DNA of 64,000 bases from Candidatus Heimdallarchaeota archaeon (GCA_011364965.1 RDOB01000001.1:1-64000), one strand, 5' to 3'; numbered from the stretch's first letter, positions 20,132 to 30,810 are shown. Notes: generated by a model from the letters alone, not told the origin. Program-made: numbers and translations.

Positions 20132-21638
20132 TGACAGGCTATTTGCGATGCGGAATCCGAAAGAAATTAATATTATAAAAAAGCCAGCATCTGCAGTTCA
20201 ATTTAGAATTGGCCTTGTATATCCAAATACATATCAGGTTGGTATGTCGGGGTTGACTATAAAGCTCCTATACCATCTTTTAAATCAGCATGAGAATATA
20301 GTAGCAGAAAGGATATTCTATTCTCCTAAATCTAACTTTCTTCCATGTTCCTTAGAAAATCAAAAGCCTTTGCGTAAATTCGATCTTCTGATGTTCACAG
20401 TCCAATTTGAATTAGATCTTATAAATGCCATCAACCTCCTGCTACATAGTAAAATTCCAATTTATTCCAAAGATCGGAGCATTGGATTTCCCTTATTAAT
20501 CATAGGAGGACCAGTGATCACCGCAAATCCAGTTTTATTATCTCAAATATTTGATTTTGTATTTCTTGGAGAATTTGAAGATATTTCTAGCAAATTTCTA
20601 GATTCTATTTTTCAAAGTAAGGTATCAGGCTTAGAAGAAATGATTAATTCAATTGAGGGGTTTTATAAACCCCTTAATTTACCTACTAATCCAGTTCCTG
20701 TAATTACTAAAGATTTAGATTTAGTAAATTATCCTTTATCACAAATCAGTCCAATTGAAGAAGAAAAAAAAAGAAAAAGTGCATTAAATGGGTACTTTTT
20801 ACAAGTTTCAAGGGGTTGTCCACATGGATGTCATTTTTGTCTAATTGGCCAAATTTTCAGACCGCATAGAGAAAGATCACTACATATTCTTCAAGAGTAC
20901 ATTAAAGCTGGAACGAAAGCGACGCAAACTGATTTCATCTCTTTAATTGGATCAAGTACAGCTGATTACACCAAATTACCCGAATTATTATCATTTATGC
21001 TTGATAATCAGTATAAATTCACTCTCCCTAGCATCAGAGTAGACAGTGCATTTTCTCTACTAAATTTAATCAAAGATTCAGGGCAAAAAAGTCTAACGAT
21101 TGCCCCAGAAACAGGTAATGATGAACTACGAAGAAATATCGGGAAGAGGATTTCCAATCAAGAAATTAAGAGTTTTTTTAAAGAATCAGTAAATCTTGGA
21201 ATAAATCAATTCAAACTTTACTTCATCTTGGGATTATCACAAGATATAAATTCAGAATCAACGTCAATCTTAGAATTATTAAATGAAATCTCTACAATCA
21301 ACCAGAAAATAATGTTAAACATTTCTATTACTCCATTTGTTCCAAAACAGAAAACTAGATTGAGAGAATTATGCCCTAATTATGAAGAAATAAATTCCCA
21401 GATTTCTAGAATTAAAAAAATCAGAAGTAAGAATCTCAAAATAAAGGTATTTCCACCTAGATGGGCAGAGATACAAGCTATTCTTTCATTAGGGGGAGGG
21501 GAATTGACTAATAAATTAATAGAAGTAGCTAGGGATGGTGGATCGTATCAAAGCTGGAAAAAAACTTTCAACAATGCTTTGACTTCCTATTACCAAAATG
21601 AGATTTGTAATAGTGGTTCCTATCGCGGTTCTGAATGA
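20112..21638 (+). CDS. Radical SAM protein
   Basis: YPNTY.VGMS, IIGGP...NP, SRGCPHGCHFC (CxxxCxxC), TIAPETG, FKLYFILGL. Confidence 0.88.
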   Translation: MKNHLNNDRLFAMRNPKEINIIKKPASAVQFRIGLVYPNTYQVGMSGLTIKLLYHLLNQHENIVAERIFYSPKSNFLPCSLENQKPLRKFDLLMFTVQFELDLINAINLLLHSKIPIYSKDRSIGFPLLIIGGPVITANPVLLSQIFDFVFLGEFEDISSKFLDSIFQSKVSGLEEMINSIEGFYKPLNLPTNPVPVITKDLDLVNYPLSQISPIEEEKKRKSALNGYFLQVSRGCPHGCHFCLIGQIFRPHRERSLHILQEYIKAGTKATQTDFISLIGSSTADYTKLPELLSFMLDNQYKFTLPSIRVDSAFSLLNLIKDSGQKSLTIAPETGNDELRRNIGKRISNQEIKSFFKESVNLGINQFKLYFILGLSQDINSESTSILELLNEISTINQKIMLNISITPFVPKQKTRLRELCPNYEEINSQISRIKKIRSKNLKIKVFPPRWAEIQAILSLGGGELTNKLIEVARDGGSYQSWKKTFNNALTSYYQNEICNSGSYRGSE

Positions 21639-23347
21639 ATTACATCTTTTGCTTCTCTTAAATAACGCAATACATCACGAACGTTTGAAATAGGGGATAT
21701 GGAAACGCTAGAAACTCGTTGATCTCGTATATCGTCTAAAACTTTCTCTGCTAAATTTTTAAATCTGGGGACAGACAGAGAAGAGTGGAAAAAAGGTTCA
21801 AGAATTTCTTCAGCTTCTTCATACCTTCCTTGGGCACATAAAATTATAGATAACAGAAATTCCCCTTTCGAACGATTCGGAATATCTGAAATTTCAGTTA
21901 AAATTCTTTTTACCATAGATTCTGCTTTTCTTAGTGAATTTTGGTTTTCTGAAAGACGATATTCATGCAGATTGCTTTCAGAAAGAGCAAATAAAAGAGA
22001 AGTCTTCATTTTGGAGCATTTATTAGTTTTTGCTAGCCCTTCTTCTAAATATTTCTTAGCATTCCCAATATTAAATCGATCTAACTCAAATTTCCCTTGA
22101 AGATATTTTAGATAGAGCTCTGAACACGGATCAAGATTTTTTTCGTCAACAGATTCAAGGAGACTTGGAATTGCTTCGGTTTTTTTCAAATCTATCATTA
22201 ACTCAATATAATGAAGTAATAAAGATGCTTTTCTTTCATCAGAATCAATCTCATCGATAATTGATTTAAGATTGATTGCATGTTTCAATGCTTGATCATC
22301 ATTATTTTGAAGGTAATTGATAAGTGCAAGACCAGATTCGGCCTTTGATTGATATTGTTGATTATTACAGCCAATAGCATTTTTTAATGTTAATCTATAC
22401 AATTCTTTTGCCTTATGAAGCTCTCCTCTCTCTTTATGGATTGAAGCCCAAGTGGAATATGGATATAATAACAATCCTGTTATTTTTTGATGTTTAATTT
22501 CAATATCTTTCGCGATCGAAATTGCATTTTGAAAGTGTTTCTCAGAAGCTTCATTCTGCATCTTCATTGCGTAATGAGAAGCATAGTTGGTATATGCGAT
22601 TATTATCCGATTCTTAGCATCTATCTTCTTTAAATGAGCAATTGCTGCCTCTTGATGATTTTCATAACTATTTGAATTCTCCTCTTTTGAAAGGAAGGTG
22701 TGCATTAATGCAGAATTAAGATTGTGATTAAATTTAACTGCATTGTTTAGAGACTCACTAGCATCTAGATTAATTGATCTGGATCCTTTAGCTGCTTCAA
22801 AAAATAACGCAGGAGATAAAAGAGCGTTAATTCTCGGATCTAAATCGATTTTTTCCCCAAATAAGTGCTGAAGTGTTTTTTGGAGATTACTTAATTGATT
22901 ATTCCGTCCAGAATTATTGAGTATTAATGCAAATGGGGTGGATAAATCCAGAATCGCTTCTTGGTCTTTATTTTTCTTAGCTAATTCAAAGGCATCTTGA
23001 ATAAGAAGAATCCCCTTTTCTAGATCAAGGAATTCAGCGACTCCTGCCCCTAAATAACCCTGAAGCAGTATATTTGGTGATTCATCAGTCAAATAGTTCT
23101 GATATTTCGCGAAAAAAGATATATCGCATTGAATCCATGCCAATTTGGAGTACAGAGAAAGTATTTCGCTAGAAGAATAATTACTCTTTTCAACAAGAGA
23201 TTTTACTTCTCTAGTCCAGTCAGATAAAGATGGTACGAAATTTTCTGCCTTATTTTTTGAAATTTCTCGTTCAAGTTCCTTTATTTGACTCTTGAGTAAA
23301 TAATTAGCGAAAACTGCTATTTCGCTTGGAAATTCTATAATTTGCAT
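21620..23347 (-). CDS. TPR-like helical repeat protein
   Basis: 575 aa all-alpha sequence with TPR-like periodicity (A..Y..A, G....A...L). Confidence 0.7.
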   Translation of the reverse strand: MQIIEFPSEIAVFANYLLKSQIKELEREISKNKAENFVPSLSDWTREVKSLVEKSNYSSSEILSLYSKLAWIQCDISFFAKYQNYLTDESPNILLQGYLGAGVAEFLDLEKGILLIQDAFELAKKNKDQEAILDLSTPFALILNNSGRNNQLSNLQKTLQHLFGEKIDLDPRINALLSPALFFEAAKGSRSINLDASESLNNAVKFNHNLNSALMHTFLSKEENSNSYENHQEAAIAHLKKIDAKNRIIIAYTNYASHYAMKMQNEASEKHFQNAISIAKDIEIKHQKITGLLLYPYSTWASIHKERGELHKAKELYRLTLKNAIGCNNQQYQSKAESGLALINYLQNNDDQALKHAINLKSIIDEIDSDERKASLLLHYIELMIDLKKTEAIPSLLESVDEKNLDPCSELYLKYLQGKFELDRFNIGNAKKYLEEGLAKTNKCSKMKTSLLFALSESNLHEYRLSENQNSLRKAESMVKRILTEISDIPNRSKGEFLLSIILCAQGRYEEAEEILEPFFHSSLSVPRFKNLAEKVLDDIRDQRVSSVSISPISNVRDVLRYLREAKDVIHSEPR

Positions 23348-23491
23348 AACAAGTAGATCCTAGGCAAATAAGATAAAAACTTTAATGTTTACGCAAGCAT
23401 ATTAACATTTTATTATAACCTATCCTGAAACTTGTTCGCAGAAATTTTCAAATAAGAAATCTTAAGTAGGACAAAAAGTGGGTGTAATAAA

Positions 23492-24694
23492 TTGGGTATA
23501 TTAGTTGGAATAGTTGGGAAGCCAAGTTCTGGTAAGACAACCTTTCTCAATGCTCTATGCGCTACTGATGCAAAAACTGGAAATTATCCGTTCACCACAA
23601 TTGAACCAAACCAAGGTGTAGGTTTTGTAACTACTCCTTGCTTATGCAATGAATTGGGAGTCAAATGTAACGCGAGAAATTCAGAATGTATTGACCAAAT
23701 CCGTAAAATCCCAGTAAAAGTAATTGATGTTGCGGGACTCGTTCCAGGGGCGTATGAAGGAAGGGGGATGGGAAATCAATTTCTATCAGATCTAGCACAA
23801 GCTGATATCCTCATTCATGTAGTGGACATTTCTGGATCTTTAAATGAAGATGGAGAAGATGTAGAACCAGGAACACATGATCCTATGAAAGACGTTTTAT
23901 TCTTAGAGAATGAGATTGCTCAATGGATCTTAGGAATTCTTAAAAAGGATTGGATTCGTGCTACTCGAAAAATTAAATCAGAAAGAGGAAATATTGTTGA
24001 TTATATTACAGATAAATTAACTGGCCTAAAAATCACCAGATCTGCTGTTCTTCAAGCAATTAGTGCAGCGGATCTTTCTACTTCAACTTCTGCAGAATGG
24101 TCTGATCAGGATCTTCTGCATTTAAGCTGTCAAATTAGAAAAATAGGGAAACCAATAATTATAGCAGCTAATAAAGTTGACCGACCAACATCAAAAGCTA
24201 ATTATGAAAAACTAACAGCTGAAATGCGTGATACAATTGTTGTACCAACAGCTGCTTTGATTGATATTGTACTTGAGGGATTAAAAAAACAAAAAAAGGT
24301 AGAATATTTCTCTGAGAGCGGAAGATTATCCGTTGCAGGGGACCTATCTCCAAAAGAGGAAGAAATAATAAAAAAAATCCAAAAAGAAATTTTGAATGAA
24401 TATAAAACCACTGGGGTATTTGAAACATTAAATAAAGCCATATTTGATGTATTAAATTTATTCCCTGTGTATCCAGTAGCTGATGTAACTCACTTTAGTG
24501 ATAAAGATGGTTTAATTCTCCCAGATGTTTTTCTCGTGAAAAAAGGGACAACTATCAAAGAATTTGCAGGCATGATTCATCAAGATTTTATGAAGAATTT
24601 TATCTATGGGATCGATGCTCGTGTTAACCGTAAAATCTCTGAAAAACATGAATTGAAGTCAAATGATGTAGTAAAAATAGTTGCAGCAGCCTAA
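23492..24694 (+). CDS. ychF: Obg-family YchF/Ygr210-type GTPase with TGS domain
   Basis: GKPSSGKT, YPFTT, DVAGLV, GNQFL, NKVD, and C-terminal TGS (GTT..FA..IH). Confidence 0.92.
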   Translation: MGILVGIVGKPSSGKTTFLNALCATDAKTGNYPFTTIEPNQGVGFVTTPCLCNELGVKCNARNSECIDQIRKIPVKVIDVAGLVPGAYEGRGMGNQFLSDLAQADILIHVVDISGSLNEDGEDVEPGTHDPMKDVLFLENEIAQWILGILKKDWIRATRKIKSERGNIVDYITDKLTGLKITRSAVLQAISAADLSTSTSAEWSDQDLLHLSCQIRKIGKPIIIAANKVDRPTSKANYEKLTAEMRDTIVVPTAALIDIVLEGLKKQKKVEYFSESGRLSVAGDLSPKEEEIIKKIQKEILNEYKTTGVFETLNKAIFDVLNLFPVYPVADVTHFSDKDGLILPDVFLVKKGTTIKEFAGMIHQDFMKNFIYGIDARVNRKISEKHELKSNDVVKIVAAA

Positions 24695-24706
24695 TATTGT
24701 CTCCTA

Positions 24707-25192
24707 TTAATCTTCATTAGAAGAAGGATATCTCTTTTTAATAACAGCACGATTCTTTATCTCCTCTGCTTTTTTAAAGTAATATCCAGTGGATCTTTTA
24801 GGTCCAAATGAACGAATCCCCTCTTTTTGTAACTTTTCTATTAATTCGGTCGCTATATGTTCTGAAATTTCTCCGCGATTTTTTAGAAAGTTAATTATTT
24901 CTTGACCTTCCTCTATAGTTTTTGCTCTACCTAAGAAGTCAAATACATTTGGATCATAGTTATTTAATGGATCTATTGGGGATTTATCTTCTTCTTTGAG
25001 GGTTGAAAGAATAAGATCTTCTTTAACCTCATCAATTTTTATCGCCATGCTATTGTCTTGCAACTCTGAATATAAATGTGGAAATTTTTCTTTTAAATCT
25101 TCAATGTCGATATTCTGATCCACGGAAAGAGTTTGAGGAGGAAGATCAGCTTTTTTCTCCTTTTTTCCTCGATCTTCATTATATTCTTTCAT
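24707..25192 (-). CDS. DUF2095-like conserved archaeal protein
   Basis: KFPHL..EL, YDPNVFDFL.RA.T.EE..EII.FL..RGEI, GIRSFGPKR..GYY. Confidence 0.75.
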   Translation of the reverse strand: MKEYNEDRGKKEKKADLPPQTLSVDQNIDIEDLKEKFPHLYSELQDNSMAIKIDEVKEDLILSTLKEEDKSPIDPLNNYDPNVFDFLGRAKTIEEGQEIINFLKNRGEISEHIATELIEKLQKEGIRSFGPKRSTGYYFKKAEEIKNRAVIKKRYPSSNED

Positions 25193-25204
25193 TTAGTACA
25201 ATCC

Positions 25205-26167
25205 TTATTTTTTATCAAGTTCGTGGAGATTAACACAAAATTCAGGCCGTTTACCTTTCAAAACCAGTCTCACCTGTTCAGCTGTAATTTCTCCTGCTCT
25301 AATTTGAGCTTCAACAGTCGATGCTCCAATATGGGGCGATACATAACTGTTTTTAAGTCCAAATAGGATGTTTTTCTTGGCAGGTTCTTCAGAAAATACA
25401 TCAAGCCCTGCTCCTGCTATTTTCTCATCACTGAGTGCCTTATAAAGAGCTTGTTCATTAATGATTCCCCCACGAGCACAATTTATAATAAAAGCTGTTG
25501 GTTTCATTAATGATAATTCTCGGTCTCCTATCATGTTTCTCGTTTCATCTGTCAAAAGCGCATGAATAGTTATATAATCAGACCTAGCAAATATTTCGTC
25601 TAAATCCATTATTTGTTCAGTACCCATTTTTTGAAATATTTCTTGGGGAAGATAAGGATCATAAATTATACAATTCATTCCGAAAGCTTGTGCCCTCTTG
25701 ACAACCTCAGAACCGATTCTACCACACCCAATGAAACCTAGGGTCTTTTTGAATAATTCTGATCCCATAAGATGTTTTTTTGGCCAATTTCCCGCTTTGG
25801 TTTCATTGTTTGCATCTATAATTTTTCTACTAAGGGCCATTATGAAGGTAAAGGCCATTTCTGCAACAGTAATTGTCGAGGCAAGTGGAGAATTGACAAC
25901 ATAGATACCTTGATTTGTTGCTGCTTCAACATCAATATTATCTACTCCCACTCCAGCTCTTCCAATAACTTTGAGCTTTATTCCCCTTTCTATTACTGTT
26001 TGAGGAATATTGGTGGCACTTCGTACAATTACTGCATCATATTGTTCTATTACTTCTATTAATTCCGATATAGAATAATGATGCTCAGTTACATCGAATT
26101 CTTTTTTTAACTTTTCAACTGCTGAAGCTGCAATTGAATCTGCAACTAAGATTTTAATTTTTAACAC
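25205..26167 (-). CDS. serA: D-3-phosphoglycerate/2-hydroxyacid dehydrogenase (no ACT domain)
   Basis: VRSAT, GRAGVGVDNID, GCGRIG, INCARGG, LDVF..EP, PHIGAST.EAQ. Confidence 0.85.
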   Translation of the reverse strand: MLKIKILVADSIAASAVEKLKKEFDVTEHHYSISELIEVIEQYDAVIVRSATNIPQTVIERGIKLKVIGRAGVGVDNIDVEAATNQGIYVVNSPLASTITVAEMAFTFIMALSRKIIDANNETKAGNWPKKHLMGSELFKKTLGFIGCGRIGSEVVKRAQAFGMNCIIYDPYLPQEIFQKMGTEQIMDLDEIFARSDYITIHALLTDETRNMIGDRELSLMKPTAFIINCARGGIINEQALYKALSDEKIAGAGLDVFSEEPAKKNILFGLKNSYVSPHIGASTVEAQIRAGEITAEQVRLVLKGKRPEFCVNLHELDKK

Positions 26168-26428
26168 ATCCTAAATATGAAAAGCTTTTCTGATCTATGA
26201 TATGAAAATTTATGGTGAAATCGCCTTGAAAGAGGGAACCTTAAATTGAAGTTTAAGGCTATTTCTTTAGCATACGTAAAATTCAGAAAGCGGTATCCTT
26301 GGATCAATATTCTGCCAAGTATTTAAAACACTGAAGAATAAAGCCTTTATCACGTATCTCCGCTCTGGAATGTTGCAGGAGATTATTTAAACATAATCTT
26401 GCAGAACCTATAGGAGGTATTTATCCCC

Positions 26429-26992
26429 ATGAGTACATATAAATACGTATCTAAATTTTGGAAAGAAAGAAAGGACGATTTCAAACAGTTAAGGATTGAT
26501 CGTTTAATCCAATGGCGAAGGGAACCGACGGTACTTCGAATCGAGAATCCGACAAGAATTGATAGAGCGAGAGCACTTGGCTATAGACGAAAGAAAGGAT
26601 TTATTTTAGCGAGGGTTCGAGTACCACGTGGAGGACGAAGAAAGCCTCGTCCAAATAGTGGAAGACGCTCAAAACGTATGGGTGTCACTAGATTAACATC
26701 GAGGAAATCTCGGCAATGGATCGCAGAAGAACGATGTTCTCGTCGTTATGTAAATCTTGAAATTTTAAATAGTTATCCTGTTCTTGACGATGGAAGGCAT
26801 AGATGGTTTGAAGTAATCATGATTGACCCTCAGGCTCCTGAAATCATATCAGACCCAAAAATCAATTGGATATGTCAAGGAAATCAGAAAAATCGTGTAT
26901 TACGCGGAAAAACTTCCGCAGGACGTAAATCACGAGGTTTACAAAGAAAAGGTAAAGGTTCTGAACACACACGGCCTTCTTATGATAGATAA
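26429..26992 (+). CDS. rpl15e: 50S ribosomal protein L15e
   Basis: PTRIDRARALGY..K.G, AEER, LNSY.V, FEVIMIDP, RGKTSAG; GGAGGT SD upstream. Confidence 0.97.
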   Translation: MSTYKYVSKFWKERKDDFKQLRIDRLIQWRREPTVLRIENPTRIDRARALGYRRKKGFILARVRVPRGGRRKPRPNSGRRSKRMGVTRLTSRKSRQWIAEERCSRRYVNLEILNSYPVLDDGRHRWFEVIMIDPQAPEIISDPKINWICQGNQKNRVLRGKTSAGRKSRGLQRKGKGSEHTRPSYDR

Positions 26993-27008
26993 TTTTGTCT
27001 AAGCTAAA

Positions 27009-27042
27009 TTTGGGGCTTAAAATCCCCGAACCTTTCTTTTTT
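27009..27042 (+). terminator. Hairpin plus T-tract after rpl15e
   Basis: TTTGGGG-8 nt-CCCCGAA followed by TTTCTTTTTT. Confidence 0.4.
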
Positions 27043-27202
27043 CGCTGATAAATGGGTAAGTAGATAAATCGTTATATGAAGAAGTTACATTTAATAGCTG
27101 CATGGCTAGTTTTGTAAATTATAAAAATAATTCACAATCCTTCTCCTTCAATCTTGAGAAAAATACAAATATCTACACAAATTCACAGGTACTCAAAAAG
27201 AA

Positions 27203-27919
27203 GTGTGCAATTTGCCTAGAGAATACATAGATTCTTTCTATCTTCAATCATCAACTCAACTAGACCAGTTCATTCAATTTGCACAACTATTCGGGTATTC
27301 GGAACTCTGGATTAGTGGATTTAACAAGAAACCAAAAGAAAAAGGATATCCTTCCCTTCGCGTTTTTCTACGCTTAAATTTAGGTGAGAATAATGAAACA
27401 AAAGAACAATTAGCTACTATTCTCAGCAAACAGAGACGAAATTTTTCCATTATATCAATAAATTGCAACACGCCTGATATTGCTGCTTGGGCATCTCAAG
27501 ATAACCGAGTGGATTTGGTTACCTTTCCAGTATTAAGTTTTGGCAAGTTAATGACCCGTTCGGTTGCTAATTTAATGCTCAAATTTGAAAAAACACTCGA
27601 AATATCATTAGCTTCCATTTATCGGTTACCAGAGAGACTTTATATTCCAGCTTTTCGTCAACTTGCCAAAGCATTAGATATTACACAAAAAAAGCATATT
27701 CCAACAGTATTCAATTCTGGTGCAAAAAACATCTTTGAGATAAGATCTCCTAAAGAACTGATTTCTTTATTTCAATTAGTATCAAATGAAATCCATCCTC
27801 CGTTAGATGGGATAAGTGATATTCCGATGGAATTACGAAAACGAAATATGGTGAAAATTAGTCCAGATTATGTATCCCCTGGAATTTATAGGATATATCA
27901 CAATTTTGAGGAGGAATGA
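27203..27919 (+). CDS. rnp3: RNase P subunit Rpp30
   Basis: A.QDNRVD, LEISL, SGA....EIRSP.EL, PGI tail; canonical position after rpl15e. Confidence 0.85.
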   Translation: MCNLPREYIDSFYLQSSTQLDQFIQFAQLFGYSELWISGFNKKPKEKGYPSLRVFLRLNLGENNETKEQLATILSKQRRNFSIISINCNTPDIAAWASQDNRVDLVTFPVLSFGKLMTRSVANLMLKFEKTLEISLASIYRLPERLYIPAFRQLAKALDITQKKHIPTVFNSGAKNIFEIRSPKELISLFQLVSNEIHPPLDGISDIPMELRKRNMVKISPDYVSPGIYRIYHNFEEE

Positions 27920-27923
27920 GAAG

Positions 27924-28325
27924 ATGAAGGAGAGAAATAGGTACTTAACACTACGATTCATCAGTCCAAAAAAAATTTCAGAGAAGGAAGCGTGGTTTAC
28001 CATTTCTTCTTCAGTGAAGAAAATGTATGGATCGTATGGAGCCTCTACTATCGGGTTATTCCTATCCTATTTTGAGGAAGATAATCAAGTCGGAATTTTC
28101 AGAGTTTCACATAATTCAACATATCTTCTCGCAGCTGCATTATGCTTCATTAATACTAGAAATAACCAATCCATTTATATTTATTCAGAAAATACATCTG
28201 GTACAATAAAAAAGGCTCGTACTTTATTGAGTAAGGAAAAATATAATAAAAGAGCTAAAATAATACGTAACCTATTATTCAATCATCTGAATGCAAATCT
28301 CGATGATGACAAACTACATACCTGA
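27924..28325 (+). CDS. rnp2: RNase P subunit Pop5/Rpp14
   Basis: MKERNRY, YG..GA, GIFRV.H, TSGTIKKA. ATG 27924 follows GAGGAGG. Confidence 0.85.
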   Translation: MKERNRYLTLRFISPKKISEKEAWFTISSSVKKMYGSYGASTIGLFLSYFEEDNQVGIFRVSHNSTYLLAAALCFINTRNNQSIYIYSENTSGTIKKARTLLSKEKYNKRAKIIRNLLFNHLNANLDDDKLHT

Positions 28326-28602
28326 GCTAGTGAGGTCACCGTCCCAGTCTGAGAGATTATTTTAGAGGGGATTCAAGTAAAATCGCAAAGATTTTCTGAT
28401 TGTGTTTAATATTATAGCTCGATTAGCAACCGAGTATATTTTAGAGTCAAATGGTCTAAAATTTGCCAATCTCCTCTAAGCACAAAATTTCAGCAATTTG
28501 CTAATAATTTATGGCTTTGTTTAACTAAATCATTCTATTTTGAACAATATATTTCTAACCTAAATCGAAGATTATTTATTTCAAAAACATGATTTTTTAA
28601 TC

Positions 28603-28917
28603 ATGAGTACTGAATTTACAAAAAAGGTGAAATTTCTCATAAAATGCATTCCTCCTGGAAAAGTAGCAACCTATGGCCAAATTGCTACACATGCGGGAAA
28701 TCCCCGAGCTTCCCGTCAAGTAGCGTGGATCTTACATTCAGCAAGCAAAAAAGATGATTTACCTTGGCATCGAGTTATCAATAGTAAAGGAAAAATTTCA
28801 TTGCCACATGGAGGAGGGTACGAAGAACAAGTATCATTATTGGAACGTGAGGGAGTTAAATTTACCAAATCTGGAATGATCAACCTCAAAATGTTTCTAT
28901 GGGATCCATTTGAATAA
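28603..28917 (+). CDS. Alkyltransferase-like (ATL) MGMT-family DNA damage sensor
   Basis: IPPGKVATYGQIA...RQV...LPWHRV: Trp in place of the MGMT catalytic Cys. Confidence 0.9.
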   Translation: MSTEFTKKVKFLIKCIPPGKVATYGQIATHAGNPRASRQVAWILHSASKKDDLPWHRVINSKGKISLPHGGGYEEQVSLLEREGVKFTKSGMINLKMFLWDPFE

Positions 28918-28952
28918 GAAAATCAAGAATAAGATTAGATCCGTGGAACTGG

Positions 28953-29378
28953 TTAATCATTTCCAAGGGTAAAATAAAGATATGCAACAATTGCACCGGC
29001 AATTGCAGTAAAGAATACGGAGAACCACATATCAAAAAGAAGAAGTGTGGAAATGAAAAATACTATAAATAAACCTGCGATTTCTAGAATATTCATGTTT
29101 CCTCCTGCATACTCACGTATTATTGCATAAACAACAATAGTTGAGAAGAACATGATACCCCAGATAAATAAATGAAATAATATTAATAATGGAGTAAAAG
29201 TGCCTCCGAATAAATCTACCTCGAGAAATAAAAATCCGAAAAATGTAGTTTCTATATCTCTAGAGAAAAACAGAAAGATTATTTCAATAAGAAAGCTTAT
29301 AGATAAAATGAATACTCCTAAAATGACTGTTCTTGTTTGCTCTGAAACCCATATATTTCGATAAAGAGATTTGGCCAT
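28953..29378 (-). CDS. Hypothetical membrane protein
   Basis: Highly hydrophobic 141 aa ORF with about 4 TM helices. Confidence 0.65.
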   Translation of the reverse strand: MAKSLYRNIWVSEQTRTVILGVFILSISFLIEIIFLFFSRDIETTFFGFLFLEVDLFGGTFTPLLILFHLFIWGIMFFSTIVVYAIIREYAGGNMNILEIAGLFIVFFISTLLLFDMWFSVFFTAIAGAIVAYLYFTLGND

Positions 29379-29859
29379 TTTCTCAAAAACTCCAACCTAA
29401 GTTCTCCAAACTCTGCTTATTGAGATTGAGCTTTTATCTTTTATTTTTCTAAATTGACTTTTCTTAATAATCCTAAGAGAGATACAAAGTAAAACCAGAT
29501 TAGTACGTCCTTTGCCAAAACAGCTTAATATCGCTTTTCTATTTACTTCATTTGAAGCGTAAAATTTGCTATTATAGTTGGTAGAACATTACATGATTGA
29601 TTCTTAATAACTACTAACTACTCGTCAATAAGGAAACAAAATAAAAGCGAATCTTTATAAAGAAAAGAGATAGGAGGAAATTAATAGAATGTTTGGGAAC
29701 ATTGTCCTCTGACACCAAAAAAGCACTTTCACAATAATGATCTCTTAAGCTTGCCATGCTCAAACACTTCAATTACGTATACACTAAAAAAATTGACCAT
29801 GAGTTAAAAAAACGCCCTGAGAATTAATCAACTTGTAGTTCCCAAGAGGAATTCCGAAA

Positions 29860-30561
29860 ATGAAGATCGTGTTATTAGGACCATATAATTCAGGAAAATC
29901 AACAACAGTTCATAAAGTGTGTGGCAATTCAGCAATTTCTATTGACTATGGGGGTACAACTGTTGCTTTAGATCATTGCCGAACTCAAATTTATGGCGTG
30001 GAAATATTCTTATTTGGCACACCAGGGCTCAGTCGGTTTGAAGTGATCAGAAAAATCTTAAGTAAAGGCGCTGATGGAATTTTATTTGTAGTGGATTCAG
30101 TGAATGTCGCATCATTTGAAGAAGCACACAAACTTCTTCAGGAAGTATATGAAATTCTGCCTGGTGTTCCTGTTGTATTATGTGCGAATAAACAGGACAT
30201 TCGGGGTGCTAAAACCCCCCAAGAGGTTGCTGACGCGGTTTTAGGTAAAGACCAAGATGTTATATCAGTAATTGGTACCTCAGCTACTACTGGAACCAAT
30301 TTGGAGAAAGCTTTTGGAGCTATTGTATTAAATGCAATTAAGCAGTATTATGAAATTCTCCTTGCAGTAAAGCATTCAAACGGAGAATTAGCAAATATAG
30401 CAGAAAATTTGAATGAACCTAAAGAGAAAGTTCATTCTAGGCTTCAATTCGCCTCTTGGCGGCGATTAATTTCTGCTGATTGGGATAATTTAACTTTTAC
30501 TCTTCCAAAAGGAGTATCTAATATCTTAGATATTTTGGAATTTGGTAGTAAACAGATTTAA
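29860..30561 (+). CDS. Small GTPase (MglA/conservon-like) with C-terminal wHTH-like extension
   Basis: GPYNSGKST, TTVALD, FGTPGL, NKQD, SAT; about 70 aa HTH-like tail. Confidence 0.85.
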   Translation: MKIVLLGPYNSGKSTTVHKVCGNSAISIDYGGTTVALDHCRTQIYGVEIFLFGTPGLSRFEVIRKILSKGADGILFVVDSVNVASFEEAHKLLQEVYEILPGVPVVLCANKQDIRGAKTPQEVADAVLGKDQDVISVIGTSATTGTNLEKAFGAIVLNAIKQYYEILLAVKHSNGELANIAENLNEPKEKVHSRLQFASWRRLISADWDNLTFTLPKGVSNILDILEFGSKQI

Positions 30562-30588
30562 AATGCTAGAACAAATTTTTGATAATTA

Positions 30589-30780
30589 ATGGAGTTGAAT
30601 CATATGGTTGAAAAACCTGATGTTTATATTTGTCAGAATAAGGAATGCGAACATAGATTTCAAAAAGCAAAATTTGTAACAGTCCAAGATGAGGATGGTA
30701 TATACATAACTAAACCAGCTTGTCCCAACTGCGGAACCACAGATATTATTTCTTCAGCTTGGTTATTACGAGATGAATAG
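30589..30780 (+). CDS. Small Zn-ribbon protein
   Basis: CQNKEC...CPNCG. Confidence 0.65.
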   Translation: MELNHMVEKPDVYICQNKECEHRFQKAKFVTVQDEDGIYITKPACPNCGTTDIISSAWLLRDE

Positions 30781-30810
30781 CAACCCGATTTAATAACTCG
30801 GAGCCATAAC

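Noticed and set aside
28603-28917. Inactivated MGMT as a novelty
   Set aside because: PWHRV is the standard signature of the known ATL family.
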